DNA of 56,251 nt, filler included, from Fonticula-like sp. SCN 57-25 (taxonomy: Eukaryota): the NCBI GenBank assembly GCA_001724245.1. It is 2 parts of 2 records of this genome, joined end to end, with 100 filler letters (N's around TTAATTAATTAA, not from the genome) between each part and the next. Parts side by side here need not be neighbours in the genome. Positions count along the whole stretch, not along the records: positions 1 to 28,124 come from MEDX01000052.1; 1 more part is not named here. One strand, 5' to 3'. The notes beneath the pieces were generated by a model. The model made no database searches. It saw nothing but the letters and a program-made list of their open reading frames with translations, and had not been told where the DNA came from. The position numbers and the translations under genes are program-made. Shown piece after piece: positions 1 to 16,430 of this stretch; positions within the stretch are counted from its first letter, which is position 1, and each line of letters starts with the position of its first letter.

Positions 1-54
1 ATTCAACCAATCAAAAGTCGCGAAAATCTTATTTATGCAAAACAAACGAAATCT

Positions 55-2853
<2,799 letters not shown>

Positions 2854-3015
2854 TTACACCTATGCTTATATATAGTGACCTCGGGTGGATCAAAATGAGA
2901 TCGATCCAACACGCGTTTGCGCCCACGTGGATGGGCCTTTTTCGCGGCGCCTTGCGGTCGTCTTTTCCTTCCTTTTTCCTTTCCTTGCCCGTCCGCGTGC
3001 GAAACACACTTGACA

Positions 3016-3431
3016 ATGGGCCACTCGGATGTCTGGTTCTCCCACCCCCGTACCTACGGCAAGGGCTCGCGCGAGTGGTACGTGTCTCCCTGATATTATT
3101 CTTATGGGAAAAAATGATTATTGGAGTGGAAATGGGCGCTGGAGCACGCGCTTTCTTTCGCATCTTTCGCACCATGATCCACGAGGGAATCTCTGCCTCT
3201 TTTTCTCTTGCCTCTTCCCCGTTTTTTATGTCATACGTCAGTGTGCTGACGGACGTGTCTTTTTAGCCGCGTTTGCTCCCACCGGATGGGTCTGATCCGC
3301 AAGTACTCCCTGGACATGTGCCGTCAGTGCTTCCGCCAGTACGCCAACGACATTGGCTTTGTCAAGGTGCGCTATTCGCTTTTGCTCTCTCGGCTGCACG
3401 GTGCTAACTTTCTTTTAATTAGTACCGCTAA
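3016..3431 (+). CDS. RPS29: 40S ribosomal protein S29 (uS14), 3 exons (3016-3077, 3267-3366, 3423-3431)
   Basis: Spliced protein [56 protein letters not shown] (56 aa, CxxC...CxxC zinc finger). Confidence 0.98.
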
Positions 3432-3775
3432 TTCGTATGTTTTTTGGCGCGGCCAAGTTTGTACAAATGTACTGTCGTACATGATCTTTTTTCCCTCTTT
3501 CCTTTCCCTGCTGCACGCACACGCGGCCCATGCCGATGTCCTTTGCGGTGCCGCTTTCCACGGAGCGCGCCTTTCTTGCCCGCCCGTCCACCGGATGCAG
3601 CTTGCAAACCACGCAACGTACATGCATACTTTTATTACTAGTAACTACACAAAAGCGACGACGAATCATATTCACATATCAATCAAACATATTACACACC
3701 AAACTGAAGAACAAAATGCGTGCAAAATTGAACTGTGTGTGGCGCTGCCTCTGCCTCTGCCGCAGCGCGCCGTCC

Positions 3776-4994
3776 TTACGTATGCCCCAGCGCATTCATT
3801 GACGCGTCTGCGTGCATAGCGGCGACGTGCATGCGGTGCCCGTGAAACGCCATTGGCAAGTGCCCAGCGAGCATTTGAAGCTTTGAGTTGCCGTCCACCT
3901 GCAGGTACTGCTGAATCTTGACGCACGAGCAGTCCCTGTGCGCGAGCAGAATCTCCCGCAGGATGTCGCTCTCGTTCTTGAGGCGCGTGAGCTGCGCGCT
4001 CAGCTCCGCGTTGGCGCCAGCGAGCTCCTTGGCGCGGTGCTCCATTTCCATCATCCACTTCTTCTTCTTGGCGCGGCACTTTGACGCCGCCACCTTGTTG
4101 CGGTCAAGGAACTGCTGGCGCTTGTCGTCGGGCGTCTCCTCGCGCACCTCCGCGGGAGGCGGCGGCTTGGCGACCCGCGCCTGCTTGCCGGCAGGCATCG
4201 CGCCGCCGGCAGCCTTGCGCTTCGCCGCGGCAGGCGCGTTCGCGACCATGCCGAGCATCCCCTTTTGCTTGTGCTGCTGCTGCTGCTGTTGCTGAAGCTG
4301 CTGCTGATGTACTAGCCGGTGCGGCTGGACGACGGCGTTGCGCGGCCGCCCCATCCTGCTGGCCGGCACGACTGCGCGCTTGAGCGGCGGCGCGCCGAGC
4401 GTGACCGCGCCCTGCGACATCGGCGCCTCCGCGAGCAGCCGCAGGCCAAGGTGCGGGTCGCCCGCCGGCGAGGTCGCAATCACGCTGCCGCCGTCCAGTG
4501 GAGTCCCAAAGTCCACCTTTGTAAAGTACGAGTCGCCGCCGTCTGCGCCGCCAGACTTGCCTGTGGGCGTCACCACGAGCGACGAGATGCTCGCGGGCGG
4601 TGTGTTGAGCAGAGAGGCGGACGACAGAAAGGGCGTCGAAGGGACCGCGTGCGACTCCTGTGGCAGTGGAGGGTAAGCAGAAAGCAGAGCAACGGGATCA
4701 CAAAGACTTCATCGACAGACCAAAGAGAACAAGACGAAATAAAAGGCAAGAGGGCGCACCTTGGAGCCGGGCTCGCCGTTGCTCCCGAGGCCGGAAACCG
4801 CTGCCTGCGGCCCCGACGCCTTTTGCCCCGCAAATACGGCATCAAAAGGGTTCTCCTCATAGTCGGACGAGAGGCCCGTCAGCTGCCCAAAGGCGTGCGA
4901 GGGCGGGGTGGGGAGCGGATCTGAAACGGACAAACATCGAAAACATCGACATTTAATAGACACGCGCATGACGTACGCGGAGCGCACCTGCCAT
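3776..4994 (-). CDS. ATF2/ATF7/Atf1-like bZIP transcription factor, multi-exon
   Basis: Basic region [23 protein letters not shown], leucine zipper ending [11 protein letters not shown] (ATF2-family hallmark), N-terminal EENPF motif and a poly-Q tract. ATG at 4994 with an intron 4987-4921. A probable 5'UTR intron acceptor lies near 5003-5018. Confidence 0.88.
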
Positions 4995-5261
4995 TCCCGA
5001 CGCTGCAAAAAAAAAAACTATACACGCGCCGCGTCACAGCCGCGAATCAGCGCAGCCGAGATGAATCTCAACGGACCGCACTCGGTCAGCACGAGGAGGA
5101 AGGCGTAAGCAGAGTCGGAAACGAGGAGAGAGCTGCACAGGAGAAGGTAACTCCTCGGGAGCGCCGCTGCAGAGAGGCCAGGTCCACGCGCGCCCAATAA
5201 AAGCACAGCCCCTGGACACCGGAGCACCTTCACGCGCGTTGTTCTTGGGCAGCTGTCAGGG

Positions 5262-5269
5262 TGACGTCA
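5262..5269. promoter_or_regulatory. Perfect CRE palindrome TGACGTCA upstream of the bZIP gene
   Basis: Exact ATF/CREB consensus about 270 bp upstream of the bZIP ATG; CCAAT at 5194-5198 nearby. Confidence 0.5.
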
Positions 5270-5596
5270 TCAACATCTGCCAAGGGGCGGCGTCGGCCGT
5301 CGGCGGCCATTTATCGAAACGCGTTTCAAAACTCTTTAAATGTGAAAGCGCAAACGAATATGGTCATTGTTTATATTCAACAGTACATAACGTCCATACC
5401 AGGCGACCTAAACACGCGCCAAGAGGCGGCGGCGGAGAAATGTACGAGAGCAGAATATGGCAAAATGGAAACAAAGAAGGGTAAAACCAATGGAAATATA
5501 AAGGAAACATCAAGAAATTGCTTTTTGGTTGCATCTCTGCATGGGAGGGGTCGTGGCGGCGCAGTCCGGCCAGCTTTTAGGTCATCATCACATAAG

Positions 5597-7453
5597 TTAA
5601 ATGGCCCCTCGTGGGTTCATCGTGTTGGACGCCCGCCTCGGCTTCTTTTGCTTCACCTTGTGGGCGTCTACCGGAACAAAAACAAAGGTCAGCACAAAGC
5701 ACATGTCAGCAAAAGCAGGCGCACCGCCAGCGACGGCCTCCCCGTGCGCCTCAATTGAGCCCACCGCGTGCTCCTCTGCCGGGCTGTTCTCGGCGGGCGA
5801 CACCTCGGCGGCGAAGAACGCCTTGACCGCGTCCGACTCTGTCACGTCGAGCGGCGTCTCGTCGTCGTCCGTGAGCGCGTGCGGGTTCGCCCCCTTGGAC
5901 AAAAGGTACCTGCACGCATCCACGTGGCCCATCCATGAGGCGTAGTGGAGCGGCGACCAGCCGAGGTACGTGCACAGCTGCACGTCGGCGCCGCGGTCAA
6001 CGAGGTACGACATGAGCTCAGCATTGCCGGCCTCGGCGGCGTAGTGAAGCGGCGCAATGCCAGAGAGCGTCTGCGCATTCACGCTGAGGCCGTCTTGCTC
6101 AATGAAGCGGCGGAGCTTTTCCGTATCGCCAGTGCGCGCGCAGTCAAGGTACTCGTACAGAGGCTGGAACCGAATGCTAATGGAAACGTAAGCAGACTGG
6201 ATCACGGGGCAAAGGGGTATAAATAACACCAAAACAGCGACAACAAGACCAAAAAAAGACTAAAATACACCGCAAAACCATCAAAACCAAGACCACAAAT
6301 CACTACAAAATTCCATCCCCACTCAACGCACTGCCTGTCCGTCTTGCGCGACTCCTTGAGCAATATGCTCTTTGTCGGCTTTGCGTTCTTGTCGTACGCG
6401 ACCTCACGGAACGTCGGGTCCCAGTGAAGGTTCACCACCTTGTGCGGGTCGTCGTGGTCGGGCCCGTCCTTCATGTGCATCGCGCGGTGCCACGACGAGC
6501 TCAGCAGCTCCTCATCGTCGTCGACCGACGGCGGCGTCGAGTCCCCATAGGGCGACTCGTCGTCATCGCTCCATTCCTCCCCAGAGTCGTCTTCTGTTAC
6601 GCGCACAGTCAGCAAAACACACTTTTCCGCGCGCGTTCGTACGCGAAGCGATGAGGTCGATGGATCTCCGGCGCGCCTTGGCGGGCGACAGCGGCGGCAT
6701 CATCGACGTGTAGTTGGGGGCCGGGATTGTGACGCTCGGCGTCTGCGCCGGCGGCGACAGGGCGTCCGGCGTCTGCGCTGACGAGTGCTCGGCGGCCGAC
6801 CCCGAGCGACTCGCCGAGTCGGCAATGTCATTATTGACGGCGGCGTCATCGCCGGCGGCCGCCTCGCCTTCATCTTCCTCATCTAAATAGAACGCAGCAA
6901 GAGTACTCTTGTCAAATGCAAAATCAATCGGGATATATCCTTCATTGTTTCTTGTGTAGCTCTCCGCCCCCTGCAGGATCGGGCCGCCGTGTGAGAAGAG
7001 CTAAAAGAGGGAAAAGATAATCGTACCCGTGTTAAAAGCTCGTGAATAACAGTGTCGAGCCCAGAAAACGAAGCATAATGGAGCGCCGTATTACCTCCGG
7101 TTGTCCTGCGGGTGACGTCCTCTGGCCTGCAGTACTTTAGGATCTCGAGCGCGCATTCGGGGCATTCCATAAGGCATGCGAGCTGAAGCGGGCTGAGCGG
7201 GCCGATCGAGGGACCGAGCAGCGAAACCTACGCGCGCCGCAGTCAGCGCAAGCACGTAAACAAAAAAAAAACGTACGGCGCTCGCTTCCGTGTCGGGGTA
7301 GTAGGCGGCCTCGGTGTACAGCGTGCGCACCAAAGTGGGCGTCTTTTCTAAGAGATCTCGTAATGTGTCCACATCGTCCTCGAGCAGCGCGTCATAAAAC
7401 GGCGTCGTCACGTCGGCCGGCAAGCTAAGCACATTCGAAACAAGAGGCGTCAT
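5597..7453 (-). CDS. Ankyrin-repeat protein with two ANK clusters, probable PP1 regulatory subunit, multi-exon
   Basis: GNTALHYASFSG, GIAPLHYAAEAG, GWSPLHYASWMGH and ETPLD ankyrin motifs with an acidic linker. Spliced KSILLK...RHIRF precedes the second ANK cluster. Start codon uncertain. Confidence 0.85.
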
Positions 7454-8519
7454 CGGTGAGCAGCGCGTCTCTGGGGAGGATGGGGGAGGATGCGTACGTG
7501 ACCTCGGGGGGTTGCGCATTTGTTGACCGCCCCATATGGGCAGGGTACTACAGCGGTGCTTCCGCTCCGAGCCGAAAATTGAAAAGGGGAAATAAAACGG
7601 GCGCCTCTCCCGACCACAGCGCGCCCCTCGAACTTGCCTTGGGTCACTGGATAGGCGAGCCGGCAGAGGGGATTCAAAACACGCACGCACGCGATGCGGT
7701 CAAACGAGCCCGCAACCCCAACGACACGCGTGCAACGCCTAGGTCGCTCGCGCCACAACAAAAAAAAGAGCACTACGAGTCGCCCAGAACGACGCGGGAC
7801 GCGCAAGCAAAGGTCGTCTCTCGGCGCTTCTAATAACGCAAGACCACACGCGCGCGCGGAATGTAAGGCACGCAGGCGGTTCCTTTCACGCCGCCCGTTC
7901 CCTCACTGATGAAACGAACAAGGACTTTATTGGTCAACTTTGAGCCGCTCTGATTGGCGGATGGCAGATTTGGACCAATCAGGGAGCACGGTGACACGCA
8001 GGGCGATTCCATGAAAGCATTGACAACCTATTCGGGCCATTAAAACGTGCAGCTGGCCGCGGCGTACTTTTGAGAAGATATGGGCGACAAAGAGTATAAA
8101 GGTTATGCAGCTGTGCATGCGGTTGGGCGGGTAGCGCACCTCCTTTCGACGATACACACGTGTCCGAAAGAGGTGTTTCAACCATGATTGACCACGAGGC
8201 GGGCGTCCACTGCGTCGCCTACCGGTCTAGTAAAAATTAGTAAAACTAGCCTAAATGCGGTCTATTTTATTGTGTCAATTGTGTCTTTTATGGTATGTTT
8301 ACGGGCTTTGTTCACAATACATGTCCCTGTAATTTAAAGGGCCATTGGACCACGTGGTATAGTAAAGTGAGCAGTATTACTTGAATATACACGGCAAGGT
8401 AAGCCAATAGCACAATATTCTATTTACACATCATTTATACACGATAAAGTAGGCCGGCAGCCAGGATAGTACAAAATAAATGGCGGGAAAATAGCACGAT
8501 ACCGCTCTCGCATGTACCT

Positions 8520-8967
8520 CTACTGCTTCTCCTTTGGTACGGTCCCCTTATCCTTTTCCACTACTTTCTTCTCATTGGCCTGCTTAAGAAGCACTTCTAA
8601 TTCCGCCACCCGGCTTGTGATCTCGGCGAGCTGTTTCTCTCGCGTCTCGGCATCGACCTTTGCCTGCTCCTCAAGCTTCTTACTCTGCTTGTCTCTCCTG
8701 GCCTCTGCCTTTAGCCGCTCCGCCTAACAGCACCATTACAAACTTAGTGCCCCGCCTATTGTTATTGTCATTTGTTTTAATGCGCACCTCCCCGCTTTCC
8801 TCCATGTAGTACTTGATGGCCGTTCCCGCCACGAGCACGAACGCCGCCGGGATGAGCGCGCCGACCAGATTCCTCCTGTGAAACGATCGCGAGACCGTTT
8901 TCTGCGGCCCGTCATTCCGGATCAGCGCAAGGAACGAGTCCAGCGTGACGCGCCCCCGCTCGCCCAT
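8520..8967 (-). CDS. Small single-pass membrane protein with C-terminal coiled coil (2 exons), unknown function
   Basis: ATG at 8967; hydrophobic LVGALIPAAFVLVAGTAIKYY; intron 8787-8724 (GTGCG..TAG) joins in frame to charged AERLKAEARRDKQ...; stop TAG at 8520-8522. Confidence 0.65.
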
Positions 8968-9186
8968 CGTTGCCCTCGCCCGATCGGCTCGCCGAGATGC
9001 CCGGCCAAGCACAAGCCACGGCCACGTGGTCGACTATTTACCTGTTCAGCCGAATCAGATCTGAGATAGCATTCCAGCGTGCGCCGAGCCGTGACCGAAG
9101 GCGGCCGTCGGTGCAAGCGTGCTTTTCCATCTACTTGCATTGCCGTGTGAAGCGAGCTAGTCAGGGAGAGAGACAACACGCTCAAC

Positions 9187-11762
9187 ATGGAGGGAACAGA
9201 AGTTTTCGACGAAGATGTTATGGGCTTCATCTATGTCGCGCTGGTCGACAAGTCGCGATTCAAGTTTGCCTTTAGGAGCACCACCACTGGCCCGGTACGA
9301 TCCCTCGCGCCCCTATGAAAAGGCTCTCTTTTGGCTTACCATGTGTGCCTCTATTGTGTGGCGTTGCGTTGTGCAGGAGCTCGTGAAGCAGGTGTGCGAA
9401 AAGATGGGCATTCGTCAACCGACGTACTTTGGACTGAAGCGCCTCCGTAATCTCCGTACCGAAGTGCCGGAAGATGGTGCGCTACCCTGCTCTTCCCCCT
9501 CTCTACACAAACCATATGCTCATATCACTGTTCAGCCGCGCAAAAGGTGTGGGTTGCGGAAAAGGCGCCGCTCTTCTCGCAGGGCTGCGACTCTACGACG
9601 ACGCTGTTCCTCCGCCACAAGTACTGGTTCTACGATGTCGAGGAGCTGTTTGACGAGACGACGCTGCAGGTCATGTTTGAGGAGACGGACCGCAAGCTCA
9701 TGTCGGAAAAGTACCGCGCGTCGGACGACACCAACTTTCAGCTGGCCGCGTGCCGCATCCAGATCGCGCACGGCGACTATGTCGAGGGCAAGCAGTTTGT
9801 CACGTACGTTTCACCGCCTTTCTGTGTATTGTGACCATTTTTGTCTCTTCTTTGCTGTGCTTTAAGCGCCTTTTTTCTGACGCTTCTGTCAACAGTACCG
9901 AGTCGATCCGCTACCTGATCCCGTCGTACATCCAGGACAGCCACTCGCTGCAGGACTGGTGCCGCCTCGTCGAGGTGTTCCACCAGAAGCTCGCCGGAAA
10001 GACCAAGGCTGGTGCGTCTCTCGCGACTTTCTTATGGGACTGTGGGTAATTAACATGGCCATGTTACTGTAGAGGCGCAGCGGCGCTACCTGGCGCTCGC
10101 CAAGGAGCAGGTTCGCCACCTGTCGGTCACCTTCTTCCCCGCCTCGGTACGCTCATTCGAGCCCCCAATACGTGCACCGACTGACACTGCGCTCATTTGC
10201 CTATCTTTCCCCAGTTTACTACTCGCGAGATGAAGAAAAAAGTGTCTATTTTCGTCGGCATCAACCCCGACGGCATTGGCCTGTACGGCATCAAGGGCGA
10301 GCGCCGCGTCCTTCAGCTCTTTTACCGCTTCCGCGAGCTCCAAAACTGGCAGATGAACCCTCTCTGGAACAACATGGAGGCGCCCGACTATGAGCGGCCC
10401 AAGCTGACGCCGCTCGAGCAGGAGCTCACCGAGATGCTCATCGGCCCGTACCGCGTCCAGATGTTTGTCAAGACAAAGAGCAAGAACGCAAAGGACCTCG
10501 AGGTCGAGGTCAACTCGTTTATCCCCGAGGACGACAACGTCATCATGTATATGAACTCGTACAACTCGCGCTTTGAGCAGTTTGTCAGCCTGCGCGAGCT
10601 CGATGATGGTACGCAGCATGTAATGATTGATTGTGGTGCTGACAAGAGTGATAGCCGACTCGAAGAACGAGTTCCTCTCGATCAGCACACTTGACGGTGT
10701 TGCCAAAAAGATTCGTATCACGGCAGACACGACAGGAAACGTGCGATTAATTTCTGCTGTTTGTTGTTGCTTACGGTTGCTTTGTAGGACTTGATTGCCA
10801 TGTTTGCGGAAAAGATCAACTTGCAGGACTCGTCGTACTTTCAGCTCAGCAACATTATCGATGAATACGGTACGATTATTGTTTGCTATTGGATTGCTTG
10901 TGTTTTGTTTTGAAATGGAGCACTTTTCCTCGTTTGCTGACTCTTTTCCTGCCTCGCAGACCGGTGGCTGCCGCTCAAGGAGCCCGTTTCACTTCAGGGC
11001 TGCACCGCCTCGAGCGAGATCAAGCTCAAGATGCGCTTCTTCCTCAAGGACCCGCACGAGATCACCGACCCCGTCGCGCGCAACCTGTGCTTCCTGCAGA
11101 TCCGCCAGACGATCATTTCCGGCGACGTGCCCGTGTCCGAGGAGGACGCCATCGAGCTCGCGTCGCTGTACCTGCAGACGGTCATTGGCGACTATGACAA
11201 GAAGAAGGAGAAAAAGTCGGGTTTCCTTTCAAACGACCTTCACAACTACGTGCCGTTTTACTTGATTGATTTCCATGGGTCGTCGTGGTGGGAGCGCAAG
11301 ATTGCAAAGGCGCACTCGACGCTCAAGGGGCTCGACATTGCTACGGTGCAGCAGCGCTACATGCGCATCGCGTCGACAATGCCAAACTATGGCATCTCGT
11401 ACTACAATGCTATCGTACGCACTTTTATTTTAAATATGTTTTTGTTGCAAATCCGCTGACCTTTTTACCTTTGCCAGATCCCAAAGACGCACGAAGAGTG
11501 CCTTTTGGGCATTGGTCGCCATGGTGTCGCGCTCTTCCGCGTCGAAAACTTCCAGCTCATTGCGAGCTACCGCTTTGGCTACGAGCTGCGCAGCTGGTCC
11601 AATGACGGCGAGTCAATCATGCTCACCGTCAAGGCGACGCGCAACGCAGAGGAGCGCACCGTGGTTGTCGTGTCGCTCCTGTCGGCAGAGATCCTCGACC
11701 TCATCAGTTACTACGACAAGATGCGCAAGTTTGAAAAGAAGCTCGCGCCAGAGAACCCTTAG
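9187..11762 (+). CDS. Protein with two tandem FERM domains, multi-exon
   Basis: Two F1-F2-F3 series: ELVKQVCEKMGI..YFGL / FQLAACRIQIAHGDY / FVGINPDGIGLY and LIAMFAEKINL..YFQL / AIELASLYLQTVIGDY..MPNYGISYY / LGIGRHGVALF. Many short GT-AG introns. Confidence 0.88.
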
Positions 11763-12103
11763 TTAGTTAGACATTATTACACCAAGCAGCACACTGGCAC
11801 TATTCATGTTTTCGCTTTCTTTTCCTTTTTCCATTTTGTCGATGGCGCGATTGCGGTTTTGTCACCGCACCGAGCCCCCGCTCTTTGATATTAGTAATAA
11901 TACTGCGATGATTCTGTATCCAGTGTCCACACAGACAGCTGCTATATGACTTGTAGCTCTCTTTGACATGTTAAACGCGTCACTTCGGAGTCTGTGCAAG
12001 TCTGTATAGAGAGTCTTCCGCTGCTGCTGCGCTGATTTTGGGTTTGTTTACTGGCATTTCCCGCCAAATTCATCACGTGTGGGTCTGTTTGATTTCGCGG
12101 GGG

Positions 12104-14364
12104 ATGGCGCGGGCGCCTCTCTCGCTGCGCGAGATATGCGCTGGGATCGAGGTGCTAGAGAGCACTTTAGCCCGATATTCCATGTACATTTTTCTATTAA
12201 GGAGACAGGTGGCCGAATGCAGGAGTCGTCTTTTGACGGATGGCGGTCTCGACGGTCTCGATACTGTGCGGCATCCTATGAACCCATGATGATCACTGAC
12301 CCTTCTGCCATTAGCGCGTCCTTTCACGGCTCGTGGAGGATCTCGGAACGAACCGTGACTCTGACGAGTACGAGCGCGCTCTTTCCGCCCTCCGCGCGTC
12401 CCTTTTCCGGGACCATCCACCCTCGCCTGCCGTACCCGATCCCCCGCCACCCGTGCTCGTGGAGGAGCCGGAGTACGTCGTCGTCGAGTCGCCTCAGCCC
12501 CCAACAACACCACAGCGCCGCCCATCGCTGTCAGACACATTGAGTTCCTTTTCTATTGGCCGGCTGCGTCGCCAGCGGTCTCTCTTTGTGCGACTGGACG
12601 CGCCCGCTATGGGCTCCTCGCCTCGCTCGCCTGCGCCGCTCACTGCGCCGCCCGCCTTTGAGTCTGTCCCGCTGTCGTCGCCCGCCGAGATGCCGCTCTC
12701 CGCCGCCGAGGCCGCCGACGCGTACGTGCGGCTTCACGACCAGCTCGACCGTCTGCGCCACCTGCGGGGCAAGGCGGCCAGCGACCGCGAGCTGCTCGTC
12801 GAGCACCTCCAGCAGGTCGGCGCAGCGTCTGCGGGCGCGCCACAGGAAGGCCGCGCGAGCAGAAGCAGCTCATTTATAGGCAGGGCCGCCGTCGAGATAT
12901 TCAGCATGCTGCCTGGCGCGCTCACGGCGAGGCCGCAGGAGGCGGCGGCGTCAGCCTCTACGGACGGCATCGAGCCGCTGAATTCTCCGCTGTCGCTCGA
13001 GTCGCTCATCAATCGCGCGGCAAGCTCGACAAATTTAAAGCAGTTTGAACAGTCGACATTTTCAGCCGTACGAACCGCCGCTTGCCTTTCTATTGCCACA
13101 GCTGAGCCGCTCTTTCTAGGTCGAGTTTGTCGAGCAGTGGCGGCGGTACGCGCACTCGCGCCACGAGCTGACCGAGGAGCGGTGGGCAGAGTTTGTAGAC
13201 GCCGACGGCATCGTTGTCAACGCCGCGCAGGTCCTCGAGTGCATCTTTTACGGCGTACGTTTCGCGCTTACTAAAGGCCGCTCGCTGACACGCGATGGCA
13301 ACTCAGGGCGCGTCGCAGGATGTGCGGCCAAAGCTGTGGAATTGCCTGCTGGGCCTCGAGGGGTTTGACATGAGCGCCGCCCAGCGCGCGGAAAAGGCCG
13401 ACGAGCGCGCGTGCGTTTGTTGTTTCACTTTGTTTTTTGGTTGTTTCTGATCAAAAGCAGTACGGCGTACGCGAGGTTGAGGCGCGAGTGGGGCTGTCGC
13501 CTGCAGCCGGGCACGGGCGAGCCGGCCATCGACGACGCGGACCTGACGGCCATCCTCATTGGCTGCAAGAAGCGCATCGGTGCGCTTCATTGTCTCATTT
13601 TCCTTCTCGATGCTCACGTGCGCGCGCAGACAAGGACGTTGTGCGGACCGACTCTGATACGCTCTTTTTTGCCGGCAGCGACAACCCGAATATCGCAAAG
13701 ATGACGGCAATTTTGCTCTCGTACGCCGTCCTACGCCCCGTCCCCGGTCCGTTCCGCGCCTCTTTTTCTGCTTGTATGGCTGACATGGGCTTCGCGCAGG
13801 GTACGTGCAGGGCATGAGCGACCTTTTGGCGCCCATCCTCGCCGTCATGGAGGACGAGTGCGAGACCTTTTGGTGCTTCACGCGCGTCATGGACCGCATG
13901 GCGATGCGATTTGACCACACACAGGCGTTCTTCAAGGCCGCGCAGAACAAAATTATGGGCCTTTTGGCGACGCTCGACCCGCCGCTCCACGCGCTGCTCG
14001 GTGCGTTTCCTCATTTTCCCGCCAAATTTGAATTGGGCCGCGCTAACGCACGTGTGCAGCCGAGCACTCTGCCGAGCAAATTCTCTGCTTTCGCTGGCTG
14101 CTGCTCGACTTTAAGCGCGACTTTTCGTTTTCAGAGGTGCTGCGGCTGTGGGAGGCGATGTGGACGTCGTACCTGACGCACGACCTGCACATCTTTGTTG
14201 CGCTCGCGCTGCTGACGCACGCGAGGGATGCGCTTCTCAGCGAGACGCGCGGGTTTGACGACATTCTTAGGATAACAAACGGCCTTTCGGGGAATGTCCC
14301 GGTCGAGACGATCCTCGAGAGCGCCGAGAATATCTTTTGGAGGCTGAGCAAGGTGCTGTTTTAG
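12104..14364 (+). CDS. TBC-domain Rab GTPase-activating protein (TBC1D15/16/17, Gyp7-like), multi-exon
   Basis: RPKLWNCLLG, I|DKDVVRTD (Arg finger), YVQGMSDLLAPI (Gln finger), FRWLLLDFKRDF..LRLWEAMW. Start at 12104 inferred from splicing into the 12333 frame. Confidence 0.88.
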
Positions 14365-14464
14365 GACGCATTTCAGGCATTATTTTTGTGTTGTACAAAG
14401 ACGTGGATTTCATCGTGTAATTCTCCATTTTTCATACTATCAATTAAACCATTTCAATACATAG

Positions 14465-15576
<1,112 letters not shown>

Positions 15577-15675
15577 TAATACAGAGTTAATCAGAGTACA
15601 TTGTGTATGGAATGCGTATATGCAGACATCATCATGGAGACAAAGGGTGAAAAAAGAGACAAAAGAGCGAAATAA

Positions 15676-16335
15676 TTAGAGAAAGACGCCGTCGTCCTGC
15701 GACTCGGCCGAATCCGGTTCGACGGATGCGGCGCCGCCCGCCACGATGCCGATCCGCGCGTCAACAGGCGCGATCGCCGCCGATACGGCCACGCTCGTTT
15801 GCGTCACCGTCATGTGCGACATGGTCGTCGTTGTCACCTCGATGGCCGCCTCCAAGAGCGCGTCGTTCGAGGCCGCCGACCGCGTGCCGCGCAGCTCGGC
15901 AAGCTTCGCCTCCAAGTTGGTCCGCCGCGTCTGCTGCCGCGCGATGACCGTGATGTTCTCCTGGAAGGCCAGGTCGAATTCGGGGTCCTCGAGCCGGACG
16001 GCCTCGAGCTCGTCGTTGGAGCGCAAGAGGTGCAAGATAGAGTTCTCCAGACGCGCAAGCTCAGACTATTAAACGCATAAGCAGCTGGTGGCACACGGGA
16101 AGGCGCAGGAGAATCCGCACCTCTATGAGATCTTCGTGCTGACAGATTTCCCGCGGGTACGTTCCGTTCTCGTAGGCAAGCTCGCTACGCACGCCACAGT
16201 CAGCAAAGCAGGCAAAGCGGCTGTCCAGGCAGCGTACCGCTGCTCGTTGACCTGCTGCGGGCGACCAACAAGGAAGACGCCCGGCATCAGCTCGAGCTCT
16301 ACCAGCCCATCATCGAGCGGCCCTGCGTCCGGCAT
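15676..16335 (-). CDS. TMA17: Tma17/Adc17-like coiled-coil protein, 3 exons
   Basis: Spliced ELARLENSILHLLRSNDEL...AFQENITVIARQQTR and C-terminal DDGVFL resemble, from memory, yeast Tma17 (EIENSINHLQRSN...VRENEIV, hydrophobic C-terminus). Confidence 0.6.
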
Positions 16336-16430
16336 CGTCACTGCGCGAGCAAATCAGTCACGATCAGACGCAATCAGACGCAATCAGATAAGCAAACTCT
16401 GCCTCGTGCGCGTGTGCTGTCGAGATCCTC

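Noticed and set aside
3078-3266. Intronic snoRNA in the long (189 nt) RPS29 intron 1
   Set aside because: Only an imperfect C box (ATGATTA 3114-3120); the only downstream CTGA is the branch site and no terminal stem is evident. A snoscan/Infernal search would be needed.
7454-8519. ncRNA gene in the 1-kb eukaryotic intergenic region
   Set aside because: No tRNA, snRNA or rRNA signature recognised; only CCAAT/ATTGG boxes (about 7930-7981) and AT-rich 3'UTR-like sequence.
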